From: an uncultured archaeon
GTDB taxonomy: Archaea; Iainarchaeota; Iainarchaeia; Iainarchaeales; JAAZKV01
Length of the DNA: 32,000 bases
Assembly: GCA_964551375.1 (NCBI GenBank)
Contig: CAZKBG010000001.1
Span: 837,329-869,328, forward strand
Reading direction: 5' to 3'
This document shows, one piece after another, positions 1 to 8,448 of the stretch (positions are counted from its first letter, which is position 1; every line of letters begins with the position of its first letter). A program made the translations under genes and the position numbers. Under the pieces are notes generated by a model. The model was not told where the DNA came from and searched no databases. It was given only the letters and a program-made list of their open reading frames with translations.

Positions 1-2080
1 CATATGCTGAAGTAATAGTTCCAGCAGGAAGAACTGTGCAGGCAGGACCAAGAACCAAAGTTAAAGTAAAAGCAGTCCAAGCAGATTTTAAGTGAGTGAA
101 ATTATCTTCAGCCCTTACTCTGAAAGTTTTTGCTCCCGCAGTAGTCCAAGTATAAGTTCCCGTTCCAATAGTTGCGCTTGGAATATAATTAAGCGGAACA
201 TTCTCATCGGAAATTCCGTCATTGTTCCAATCAACCTGATACTTGATTAAATCCCCTTCAGGATCAACCGAATTAAAATCAAAAGACTGCATACTATTTA
301 CGCTTGCAGTTCCAGGAGTAGTTCTAACAACAGTAGGCGCGCTGGGAGCAAGATTTGGGTTTAAATTAATTGCGCGGGCAGTGCAAGCTTTTGTTTGAGA
401 AGAACTTGCAATAGTAGCTCCAACGCTTAAACTTTGAACAGCTGAAACAGTATACGCGCACTGCGCAGTGCACAAACCTGAATAAGGAAGAGTGTTTTGA
501 TTAACGCAAGTTAAAGGAGCAGTTGTAGCATTACCGCACGAAACCGAATCAACACCCGCAAGAGATGGATCCGCCTGAAAATCATTAAAATCAACAGTTA
601 TTGTTGAATTCCCGCTAACTCTTCTTGGATTTGGGTTAATTTGAATAACTCTGCAGGTTGGAACAGGAATTGTTCTAACAGTTGCAGTATCTGATGCAGT
701 TTCGCCAAGCGAATCAGTCACAGTAACTGAAAGAGTGGTGTCAGTGTAAATATTTGAACAACTTATAGTTGGAGTTGCTGTGTTTTGATTTGTTAAAGTA
801 CAATTTCCAGCATTATTTGTAATAGCCCAATTCCAAGAAGTAATTGTTCCTCCGCCAGCTCTAGTTGCAGTCAAAGTAGTTGGAGTTCCAATAGTGTGAG
901 TATAAGGTCCCCCCGCATCAACAGAAAGATTGGCAACAATGTTAATCGGACAATTAGCCCAAAGCGCAGAGTATTGTCCTGACTGGGATTGGGACATTAC
1001 TTTAATAGTTTTTGCTCCGACAGTAGTCCAGCTGTGCTGAGCATTAACAGTTGTTCCGCTCGCAACATAACCAGAAGCAGGAAACCATTCTTCAACAGTA
1101 TTTCCGCCATTCCAATTTACCCCATATCTTAAATTTTCATTATCAGTCCCAGTAAAACTAAATGCATAATTATTATTTGCAAGTCCTATTGAAGTGCAGC
1201 TTAAAGTTGGAGTATTGGGATATGGATTTGGCGCAGTAGGATTACAGCAAATTTCACCAGTAGTATAATCACAAATACCAAAAAGGTTTGGAGTTCCAGG
1301 ATAGCATAAATAATCTCCTAGCCCTCCAACCCCATTTACCCAATAAGGATTAATGAAAGGAGTTACAGGAGTGATTTGAGTAGGGAAACCCATTGTGCAA
1401 GTTCCTCCATAAGTAAAGCAAGTCAACTGCTGACCGCAGCAAGATTTTCCTGGAGCGCAAGTTCCGCTTCCAGTGGCATATTGAGGCAATCCCATATTGC
1501 AGGGCATCATATTGCAAGTCTGGCTCATATTTTGAGTGCATGTGTATGTTGCGCCGCAGCATGACTGTCCTATCCCGCATGTTCCGCTGCCATCAGCTCT
1601 GTTTATATTGCTGCAAGGCCCTCCATAAACACAATCCTGCATTACATTCTGCTCGCAAGTGTATTGCGGACCGCAGCAACTCTGCATTGTAGGACAAGTC
1701 CCATAAGCATCAGGGCGGTTATTTGAAGAACATAATCCTGTTGTGCAAACATTTGAACCGGTGCAGGTGTAAGGAGCGCCACAGCAGGATTGTCCCATTG
1801 CGCATGTTCCGCTGTAATTATCTGGACGGTTATTCATAGAGCAGCTTCCGCTCATGCACGTTCCGCCATAATTAGAGCAGGTATAACTTGGCTGTTCGCA
1901 ACAGCGATAAGATTCATTTGGCCAACTGTCTCCGGGCCCTGCGCAGTTTCCCCAATAACTCCAACCATAAGGACAGGAGTACATGCACTGGTCTCCGCCA
2001 ACACAATAAGCCATGGCGGAGGGAATAAAAGTTATGCAAAATATTGCAAGAATAAACGCCCAACCAAAAAATTTTTGCAT
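1..2080 (-). CDS. Secreted cysteine-rich-repeat + PKD-like domain surface protein (5' part only; ORF continues past window start)
   Basis: Absent from the ORF track because it is open to the window edge. Manual reverse-complement translation from ATG (2080-2078) gives MQKFFGWAFILAIFCITFIPSAMA (signal peptide). Tandem six-Cys modules follow (YTC..C..C..NNRPD..GTC..QSCCG, nt ~1391-2008). Then come a PKD-like module (DAGGPYTHTIG...SVTVTDSLGETASDTATV) and two copies of a YxVxWNxxG...WTTxGAKTxxV module. No in-frame stop to nt 1. Listed ORFs 1350-1580(-), 1376-1564(+) and 1790-2083(+) are off-frame or antisense shadows. Confidence 0.75.
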   Translation of the reverse strand, partial: MQKFFGWAFILAIFCITFIPSAMAYCVGGDQCMYSCPYGWSYWGNCAGPGDSWPNESYRCCEQPSYTCSNYGGTCMSGSCSMNNRPDNYSGTCAMGQSCCGAPYTCTGSNVCTTGLCSSNNRPDAYGTCPTMQSCCGPQYTCEQNVMQDCVYGGPCSNINRADGSGTCGIGQSCCGATYTCTQNMSQTCNMMPCNMGLPQYATGSGTCAPGKSCCGQQLTCFTYGGTCTMGFPTQITPVTPFINPYWVNGVGGLGDYLCYPGTPNLFGICDYTTGEICCNPTAPNPYPNTPTLSCTSIGLANNNYAFSFTGTDNENLRYGVNWNGGNTVEEWFPASGYVASGTTVNAQHSWTTVGAKTIKVMSQSQSGQYSALWANCPINIVANLSVDAGGPYTHTIGTPTTLTATRAGGGTITSWNWAITNNAGNCTLTNQNTATPTISCSNIYTDTTLSVTVTDSLGETASDTATVRTIPVPTCRVIQINPNPRRVSGNSTITVDFNDFQADPSLAGVDSVSCGNATTAPLTCVNQNTLPYSGLCTAQCAYTVSAVQSLSVGATIASSSQTKACTARAINLNPNLAPSAPTVVRTTPGTASVNSMQSFDFNSVDPEGDLIKYQVDWNNDGISDENVPLNYIPSATIGTGTYTWTTAGAKTFRVRAEDNFTHLKSAWTAFTLTLVLGPACTVLPAGTITSAY

Positions 2081-2187
2081 TAAAAGCCCACTATATTATG
2101 AATACTTTTGTTCTATAAAAACCTCTTTGTCTTGTGAAAGTTGAGAGAGGGATATAATTAAAACCAAGTAAAACATAATAATTTGCT

Positions 2188-2766
2188 ATGAAAAAAGTTC
2201 TCCTAATAACTGGATTGTTGATTATTGGATTAGTTTTATTTGGATGCACACAACCGGGCAATCCAAATGAAACAAAAACTCCAAACGTGATAAAATATGC
2301 AGAAAATTCCGCTTATTGCGGGGATGAAAGCCTTGCATTAATGCTTCCTATTGATGATGATATTTTAAAAACAACTGATTTTAATTACGGGACAAATTTT
2401 ACATGCGAAAAATTAAGCGAATACTTCGCTGGCAAAGTTCCTTACCTCACAGGATTTGTTTACAAAGCATATTTATACGACAGCAAGGGAATTTACTTTG
2501 TTTACATTCTTTCTGATGAAACTTCAGAGCTTGCCGACTGGCACATGCTCAAAATTTATTCTGATTTTAATGCGCTGAATAGAAATGCGGATATAAAATT
2601 CATGAACAACAACAAAGTATTTGTTGCAACAAACAAAGACGGGTTTGACTGGGCGGGATGGAAATCAGGGAACAAAATAATAATGATTGAGGGACATGGT
2701 GTAAAAGAACTTTACCCAAGACTTGCTGAATCAATCCTTGAAAAACTTCCTTCAGACACACAATAA
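2188..2766 (+). CDS. Putative secreted/lipid-anchored protein, function unknown
   Basis: 192-aa ORF. N-terminus MKKVLLITGLLIIGLVLFGCTQP is a signal peptide ending in a lipobox-like LFGC. No catalytic motif recognised. Confidence 0.6.
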   Translation: MKKVLLITGLLIIGLVLFGCTQPGNPNETKTPNVIKYAENSAYCGDESLALMLPIDDDILKTTDFNYGTNFTCEKLSEYFAGKVPYLTGFVYKAYLYDSKGIYFVYILSDETSELADWHMLKIYSDFNALNRNADIKFMNNNKVFVATNKDGFDWAGWKSGNKIIMIEGHGVKELYPRLAESILEKLPSDTQ

Positions 2767-2788
2767 CGAACTTTGTGTTTTACTAAAA

Positions 2789-3307
2789 TCAGCACTTTTT
2801 GTCAAAGTATTCTTTAATAGGAGTTATTTGAGCTTCAATTCCATTAACTATCTCAACTTGATTTGGCCTTAGATTATTTAACTCGCTTTCAGTTAAAGTT
2901 GAAATTAATGAAGAAGCTTTTGCTTGATAATTGTTAGCAAGATTAATCATATCCCTAGTTGATTTAACTTCTCTATTTGAACAGCGGATATTTTGATAAT
3001 CAATTGTTCTTGATTCGTTAATCGCCTTGTTTAAGTAATAAAATGCCTCTGCGGCGTATAATTCAGCTTCAATAAATTTCTTTGTGCTGCTTGGAGCGCT
3101 GCCAGCAACTACTGCCAAATCAGTAATATAATCATTCATAGTTCCAAGAACGGGAGAAAAATTTTCGTTTACCCCATACGAAGTTTGAAGCTTTGAAAAC
3201 TGTTCAAGAGATTTCTTTTCAGCATTAGGGTCAAGAGCAGTGCAGCCGAATAAAAGAAGCGCAAACGCTAATAGCAATACTATTGCAACTTGAATTGATT
3301 TATTCAT
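2789..3307 (-). CDS. Putative secreted/lipid-anchored protein, function unknown
   Basis: 172-aa ORF. N-terminus MNKSIQVAIVLLLAFALLLFGCTALDP is a signal peptide with the same LFGCT lipobox-like end. The remainder looks helical, with a C-terminal Cys. Confidence 0.6.
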   Translation of the reverse strand: MNKSIQVAIVLLLAFALLLFGCTALDPNAEKKSLEQFSKLQTSYGVNENFSPVLGTMNDYITDLAVVAGSAPSSTKKFIEAELYAAEAFYYLNKAINESRTIDYQNIRCSNREVKSTRDMINLANNYQAKASSLISTLTESELNNLRPNQVEIVNGIEAQITPIKEYFDKKC

Positions 3308-3369
3308 CTTAATCTAGAAAAGTAATAGCGACTTTGTTATTAAATCCTTTTCTTTTAGCAAAAAAACAG

Positions 3370-4236
3370 CTATTTTTCAAGGATTTTTGATTTTAACGCC
3401 TGTTTTACTACTTCCTCATCCCCTGGATTAGTTACTCCAAACCACTGCTCCTTGGTTTTGAATAATTTAAGCTTAATTTTGCCGCTCTTTGCCAAATTTC
3501 CAAGCTCAACAGGAAGATAACACTCGCTCCTCCTATCCCCTTTATGATTTGATTTGAATTCTTTTAGTATTTTTTCCAAAAGCAAAATACACTCTTTAGT
3601 TAAGCCAAAAATATTCATATTAGCTAAATCATTTTTGGTTAACCCGACTTTACTTAATGAATTTTTTTCAATCCCAATCATTTCCTCAATCGCAATTACA
3701 TTGCCTTTTTTATCAGTTCTAAAAATTCCGCGATTAATGCTCCCAGTCTCCGGCAAAACGGACATTAAATCATACCCAATTGCGACACAATCATTTGATT
3801 TTGCGCTTAATGCTTCAAAAATAGTCCTAAAAGAACTCTCGCCGTACAAATCATCTCCATTGCAAATCACAAAAGGGCCTTGAATTAATGGAAGAGCGCT
3901 AACTATAGCATCAGTTGTTCCCCACGGCCTGTCCCTCTCTTCAGGATTGTATGATTGAAGGGCATACCTAATCGGAACCCCTTCAAAAGAACCTCCAAAC
4001 TTTTCCCTAAACGGTTTTTCGGTCAAGTTTCCAACAATAAAAATAATTTCATTAAAACCAGCCTTAATTGCCTGCTTCATTGACACTTCAATTAAGGTTT
4101 CATCATTAGGTCCAACAATAGAAAACTGCTTAATTTTGCCTCCAAATCTTGAAGAAATCCCCGCGCACATAAAAACAACAGGAATTACTTTTGAATTAGA
4201 ATTGCTCTTTTTAGAGTCAGTTTTATGCATAAACAT
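3370..4236 (-). CDS. Sugar-phosphate nucleotidyltransferase (NTP-transferase fold)
   Basis: 288-aa ORF. N-terminal nucleotide-binding loop VVFMCAGISSRFGG (variant of GxGxR), PWGTTDAI, ICNGDDLY and C-terminal WFGVTNPGDEE are typical of glucose-1-P nucleotidyltransferase-like enzymes. Sugar and nucleotide specificity are not determinable. Start could be ATG 4230. Confidence 0.7.
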   Translation of the reverse strand: MFMHKTDSKKSNSNSKVIPVVFMCAGISSRFGGKIKQFSIVGPNDETLIEVSMKQAIKAGFNEIIFIVGNLTEKPFREKFGGSFEGVPIRYALQSYNPEERDRPWGTTDAIVSALPLIQGPFVICNGDDLYGESSFRTIFEALSAKSNDCVAIGYDLMSVLPETGSINRGIFRTDKKGNVIAIEEMIGIEKNSLSKVGLTKNDLANMNIFGLTKECILLLEKILKEFKSNHKGDRRSECYLPVELGNLAKSGKIKLKLFKTKEQWFGVTNPGDEEVVKQALKSKILEK

Positions 4237-4310
4237 ATTACGGAATAAGGGTTTATGAATTAAACTAGTGCAAAAGTAAAGGCAAGATTTACCATAGCAC
4301 GCACTCTTAA

Positions 4311-4547
4311 TTAATCGCTAATTGAAGCAGCAGGACTCTTTACCGCAACAAAGTGATACGCTTCCTGAAGAGCTAAAATTGCTTTAGGAAGATCATCATT
4401 TCTAAGAGAACTTGTTTTCTTCCACTCTTCGCCATTTTTATAATTTCTTTCAATGGTTGTAGTGTAGAACTTATTCCCATCTTTTGAAGAATTTTCCCAA
4501 ACCGCTACTTCAATAGCGCCTACTTTTACCGATTTTACTGGTTTCAT
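4311..4547 (-). CDS. Small conserved-looking protein, possibly PC4/YdbC-like ssDNA-binding fold
   Basis: 78-aa ORF with strong SD (GGAGGTG 5 nt upstream of ATG 4547). The pattern of beta strands followed by one helix (IEVAVWENS..GNKFYTTTIERNYKNGEEWKKTSSLRNDDLPKAILALQEAY) resembles PC4/YdbC-type proteins from memory. The fold call is weak. Confidence 0.5.
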   Translation of the reverse strand: MKPVKSVKVGAIEVAVWENSSKDGNKFYTTTIERNYKNGEEWKKTSSLRNDDLPKAILALQEAYHFVAVKSPAASISD

Positions 4548-4982
4548 TAAAACACCTCCATATTATTACATTTTTTCCTATTGTGTGTTGAGAGGAAACA
4601 TGATGCTGCAAAAATAACTCAGCTCTCATGTTTCAAAGGAGACAATAACCGCCTAAATACGCAGGGTGATGCTTATTTTTGGCAATATTTGTCCATTACA
4701 TTTTTACATAAAAGAAATTTGGCTGTCTAATTGCTTCCCCTTCAACAAATCTTACTAATTTTGATCCAAACATACTAATTCCCCTCCACTTGGGCGAGAT
4801 ACTCGCTCAAATTTTCAAACTATACTACTCTTCATTTCTGCGATATATATTCTATTTGAAGCTATTTTGCCGGTGGTTGGGTAAAATTAGACTTGCAGGA
4901 AAGTTATTTTGCGTAGAATTAAGTTAAGGGAAGTTTTGTTAGATTAGAAGTAAGTTTAGATATAGTTTTGTTTGTGGGAAAG

Positions 4983-5639
4983 TTATTCCTTCGCCCATTT
5001 CTGCATTTCTTTTAAAGCTTCTTCGTTTTTATTTAGAGTGTCAATCTTTTCTTCAAGATCCTTCATCTGCCTTGAAGCAGCATCCATTCTAAAATCCTGC
5101 AATTCATCAGCGAACTTAGCAACTTTCTTATTCTTTTTATAAACAATAGAAGTATTCACAGTCTCCGCAAGCTGCTTTCTGTACTCAATGTCATTAACAA
5201 ACATCTTCACCATCGGCTTCCACTTCTTATCAGCCACAAGATGGGCAGGAAGCTTAACGCTCGCAGCATCTTTTCTATAATCCTCATCAGAAAGAGTCTT
5301 TGCCAGGTGCTTCCAATAAATAGGGTCGCCGAATTTCTTTACCTGATTCACTTGATGATACATTGAAGCGGAAGAATGCTGCTTCTTCCACTCGCTAAGC
5401 TTCTCATTATAATTTTTTCTTTTTTCTTTAATTTCCTTAACTTTAATATCAAGAACTCTCGTATCAGGATAAATTAATTTAGGCCACTCTTTGTCAGTTG
5501 CAATCGGCTTAACAACGCCGTTAATGCTAAAGTACCTCATAAGAGCAGTTCTTCTCGGACCGTCTCTTGGACACTTAGGGAACGCTTTGTCAAAATCTTT
5601 AATAGAGGCTATTACTCCGTGCATGTTAAAACACAACAC
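4983..5639 (-). CDS. Hypothetical protein with C-terminal coiled coil
   Basis: 218-aa ORF with no recognised motif. Lys/Glu-rich helical C-terminus. Start may be the internal ATG (MHGVIAS, nt 5624). Confidence 0.5.
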   Translation of the reverse strand: MLCFNMHGVIASIKDFDKAFPKCPRDGPRRTALMRYFSINGVVKPIATDKEWPKLIYPDTRVLDIKVKEIKEKRKNYNEKLSEWKKQHSSASMYHQVNQVKKFGDPIYWKHLAKTLSDEDYRKDAASVKLPAHLVADKKWKPMVKMFVNDIEYRKQLAETVNTSIVYKKNKKVAKFADELQDFRMDAASRQMKDLEEKIDTLNKNEEALKEMQKWAKE

Positions 5640-5700
5640 TTTGAAGCTTAAAAAGGTTTTGGGGGCACTTTGGAAAAAAAACTCTAATTATGCCTAAAAT

Positions 5701-7122
5701 TTAGCAGGTTTTATTTTCCCAAGTCAAATGAGGAAGGCTTCCTGAACAAACACTCCAAGTTTTGCTTGCGCCAAATCCGCCAAAAGAAGACATTGGAGCA
5801 TTTGCCATATCAGTAAAATAACTTCCTAAAGCATGCGAAGTGCAGTCAGGCTCGCTAGTTGTTTTTGACACATAGCAGCCGCTTGCCCCAGTCTCAAGCC
5901 AGTGAAGATTTTCAGTTCCAAGATTAAAATTAAGCGATTCAAAAACTCCACCCCTGTATTGAGTGCTTCCAGCAAGACTGCTTGTAGTAAAAACATGCCT
6001 TATTTCAGAATCAAAAAACTCTGCAACTACTCCCGCTCTATAAATTCCGCCAAGAACATCCCCGCTTGAATAAGCTCTTAGCAAATGAGCATCTCCCCCG
6101 CTCATTCTCGCAAACAAACCCCCTGAAACGGAAGTGACAACATAAACATCAGCATCGGAATAAGAATCCGTTACAGTAGTTCCCCCTTCAAGAATACCTC
6201 CAATTCCTCCAGCATAAGAATTACTTCTTACATTTCCTTTGGAATAAACTTCTGAAATGTTAGAGTATCTTGAAAAGCCAAAAAGCGCTCCTGTGTTTGA
6301 CAAGCCGATTACATTAACATCCTCAAATCCTAATTTTGAAACATTTCCATACAAATAACCAAACAATCCAACGGTGTTTGAAGAAGGGCGGTTAATTTTT
6401 AGTCCGCTGATTTTATGTCCATTTCCAGCAAGAGAACCGTGGAAAGAATCCGTCCAATCATCGCTAATTCCAACTGGAATAAAACCTTCTCCCGAGTTCC
6501 AAGAACTTGTTGCAGTGCAATCAATATCCCCGCCAAGAGCATAATTGCCATCAAGATGAGCGCTCATATTCTGAAGCTCAGAGCAAGTATTAATCATCCA
6601 AGGATTAGCCAAAGTTCCATCTCCTAATCCAACAACAGGACCCGGATTTGTTGGAGTGGAATCAACAACGCACTGGGTAGTGATTTGAATTGAAGCGGAT
6701 TTAGTCAAACCGAACGCAGTAACATACTCAATTGTAAAAATACACTTCTTTGTAGTCTCTCCCGCAGAGCACGGACAGGAAGTATTCAAATCAGTTAAAG
6801 AAAAAACTCTTGAATCAGTGCTTGGAATATCATTATCAAAAGAATTGGTATTTGTTCCGCTTGAAATTCTTGTAATTGTAATAGTATCCCCGGTATTATT
6901 TTGAAGACTTACTAACGCATCTCCCTGAGTATCAACAACAGAATCTTCAATAACTATCCCGCCGGTATTAGGAGTCAAACCATCAATATTGCCCATTACT
7001 TGATTAGCAGAATCGCCAAAAATGCCTGTTAAAAGCCCGACAACAACAAGCGCAAGCACAATAACAACAGCGATAATTACTAAATATTCTATAGTGCCCT
7101 GACCGCTTTTTGACTTAAACAA
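5701..7122 (-). CDS. Type IV pilin-like (class III signal peptide) protein with GLUG-motif adhesin domain
   Basis: 473-aa ORF. N-terminus MFKSKSGQGTIEYLVIIAVVIVLALVVVGLL is an archaeal prepilin-type signal (predicted cleavage G|Q). The C-terminal two thirds carries repeated GLUG-type motifs (VGLFGYLYG, GALFGFS, GGIGGILEG, GGLFARM, GGVFESL). These follow the usual lead-in GDGTLANPWMI...FHGSLAGNGHKISGL. Confidence 0.75.
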   Translation of the reverse strand: MFKSKSGQGTIEYLVIIAVVIVLALVVVGLLTGIFGDSANQVMGNIDGLTPNTGGIVIEDSVVDTQGDALVSLQNNTGDTITITRISSGTNTNSFDNDIPSTDSRVFSLTDLNTSCPCSAGETTKKCIFTIEYVTAFGLTKSASIQITTQCVVDSTPTNPGPVVGLGDGTLANPWMINTCSELQNMSAHLDGNYALGGDIDCTATSSWNSGEGFIPVGISDDWTDSFHGSLAGNGHKISGLKINRPSSNTVGLFGYLYGNVSKLGFEDVNVIGLSNTGALFGFSRYSNISEVYSKGNVRSNSYAGGIGGILEGGTTVTDSYSDADVYVVTSVSGGLFARMSGGDAHLLRAYSSGDVLGGIYRAGVVAEFFDSEIRHVFTTSSLAGSTQYRGGVFESLNFNLGTENLHWLETGASGCYVSKTTSEPDCTSHALGSYFTDMANAPMSSFGGFGASKTWSVCSGSLPHLTWENKTC

Positions 7123-7200
7123 TAGAAACGCCTGCCTTTACTATTATATTACTCAATGAAACTTTATAACCTTTTTGCACTCTAAATACAATGTGATACT

Positions 7201-7530
7201 ATGTTTCCAGGCGGAGTAAATCCAAAACAAATGGGCCAAATGATGAAAAAATTTGGAATCAAAAATGAAGAAATAGACGCAAAACAAGTAGTGATTCTTC
7301 TAAACAGCGGAAAAAAACTTGTAATAGACAACCCTCAAGTGCAGAGTATAGAAATGCAGGGAAATAAAACTTTTACAGTAGCAGGAAATGCCAGAGAAGA
7401 AAGCGGAGTGCCAGAAGAAGATATACAAATGGTGATGGAAAGCGCAGGCGTTTCAAAAGAAAAAGCAAAAGAAGCTTTAGTTGAATCAAACGGCGATATA
7501 GCTGCCGCAATAATTGCGCTAAAAGAGTGA
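7201..7530 (+). CDS. nac: Nascent polypeptide-associated complex protein (archaeal NAC alpha)
   Basis: 109-aa ORF. NAC domain (KKFGIKNEEIDAKQVVILLNSGKKLVIDNPQVQSIEMQGNKTFTV) plus C-terminal UBA-like segment (EEDIQMVMESAGVSKEKAKEALVESNGDIAAAIIALKE). Confidence 0.9.
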   Translation: MFPGGVNPKQMGQMMKKFGIKNEEIDAKQVVILLNSGKKLVIDNPQVQSIEMQGNKTFTVAGNAREESGVPEEDIQMVMESAGVSKEKAKEALVESNGDIAAAIIALKE

Positions 7531-7550
7531 AGATAGTGAAAAATTAAAAG

Positions 7551-7582
7551 AAGCCCTTAATTTTCTAATTTTTTTAGGGCTT
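7551..7582 (+). terminator. Putative hairpin between convergent genes (AAGCCCT / AGGGCTT, 18-nt loop) followed by T-rich tract
   Basis: 7-bp inverted repeat at 7551-7557 / 7576-7582, 21 nt after the NAC stop, followed by oligo-T runs. Archaeal termination mainly needs oligo-T, so the hairpin role is uncertain. Confidence 0.35.
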
Positions 7583-7588
7583 TCTATA

Positions 7589-7648
7589 TTTTTTTACTTT
7601 AAGTTTTTTTTAAATTTTTAGTTATTTTTTTTACTTTAAGTTTTTTTT
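7589..7648. repeat. 23-bp direct repeat TTTTTTTACTTTAAGTTTTTTTT (two copies)
   Basis: Copies at 7589-7611 and 7626-7648 in the intergenic space between convergent genes. Each contains T7-T8 runs on the + strand. Confidence 0.6.
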
Positions 7649-7662
7649 GTTATTTTGTTTTG

Positions 7663-8448
7663 TTAGTTATTTTTATCAACTGGAATGTTTAAGTCGATGA
7701 CTGCATTAGTGTCCAAACTTGAATTTGAGTCTGTAATTGAGTTAGTATCTATTTGAGCAGTTAGCATATCCTGATACTCTTTTAACAAAGTCAGGTTTTG
7801 AACTTCAACAAGCTCCATTGAAGAAATAACATCCCCTTTGAGAGAAATTGTTCCCCCGATTTTTAATTCATCCCCGCTTTTAGTGCTCAAATCAGCAAGA
7901 GCTGAAAGAGTAGTCAAAGGGAAAGTGAAATTTTTATCAATATTAAGATCAGTGTTTCTCAAAATTGTGTAAGCAGGAGCTTTGATTGTAATATACTTAA
8001 TTGAAGCAAATTCATTTCGCTTACTTTGATTAAAGAAATTCAAATCATAAATCTTTTCAACAGAAACCGCAATATCAGCGTTTGATTTGAATGCGATATC
8101 CGCATAATAAACCCATTCATTAGCATCAACAGTTCCTTTTCTAAACTGAGAATTAATCTTTGAAACACCTTCAGTTTTCAAAACAGCAGCATCAATTGCT
8201 GCTTTGTCTAAAGAACTTGTAATTGCCGCAACTCTTCCTGATTTAACTTCCTTTAACGCAACAGTGTCAAACGAAGCTGAATAAGAAAATGCAGTAGCAT
8301 CTAAAACAGGAACATTAGGATTTTGAGTAGTTGTGTTGTCTTTATTGTCTCCAGCGTACAAAAAGCCCGCGGCAATCATGCTTAACGCCATGAAAGCAAC
8401 AATAAAGATTCCTACAAATTTTAGAATAGTTTCCTGCTTCATAATCAC
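7663..8448 (-). CDS. N-terminally membrane-anchored hypothetical protein
   Basis: 261-aa ORF with a single N-terminal TM (ILKFVGIFIVAFMALSMIAAGFLYAG) and an extracytoplasmic remainder without a recognised motif. Track start 8448 is GTG. ATG at 8442 has AGGAG 8 nt upstream and is the likelier start. Confidence 0.55.
   Translation of the reverse strand: MIMKQETILKFVGIFIVAFMALSMIAAGFLYAGDNKDNTTTQNPNVPVLDATAFSYSASFDTVALKEVKSGRVAAITSSLDKAAIDAAVLKTEGVSKINSQFRKGTVDANEWVYYADIAFKSNADIAVSVEKIYDLNFFNQSKRNEFASIKYITIKAPAYTILRNTDLNIDKNFTFPLTTLSALADLSTKSGDELKIGGTISLKGDVISSMELVEVQNLTLLKEYQDMLTAQIDTNSITDSNSSLDTNAVIDLNIPVDKNN

Noticed and set aside
1350-2083. Three listed short ORFs (1350-1580 -, 1376-1564 +, 1790-2083 +)
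   Set aside because: They lie off-frame or antisense inside the long minus-strand Cys-repeat/PKD ORF that starts at 2080. Their Cys/Ala/Ser-rich translations are shadows of that gene's codon composition.
4598-4671. Possible C/D box sRNA (two TGATGC motifs)
   Set aside because: The motifs are UGAUGC rather than UGAUGA. No CUGA D/D' boxes sit at the required spacing and there is no terminal stem.
4898-4987. 11-bp direct repeat GGAAAGTTATT (4898-4908 and 4977-4987)
   Set aside because: Too short to be significant in AT-rich DNA. The second copy overlaps the stop region of the 4983-5639 gene. No associated mobile-element features.
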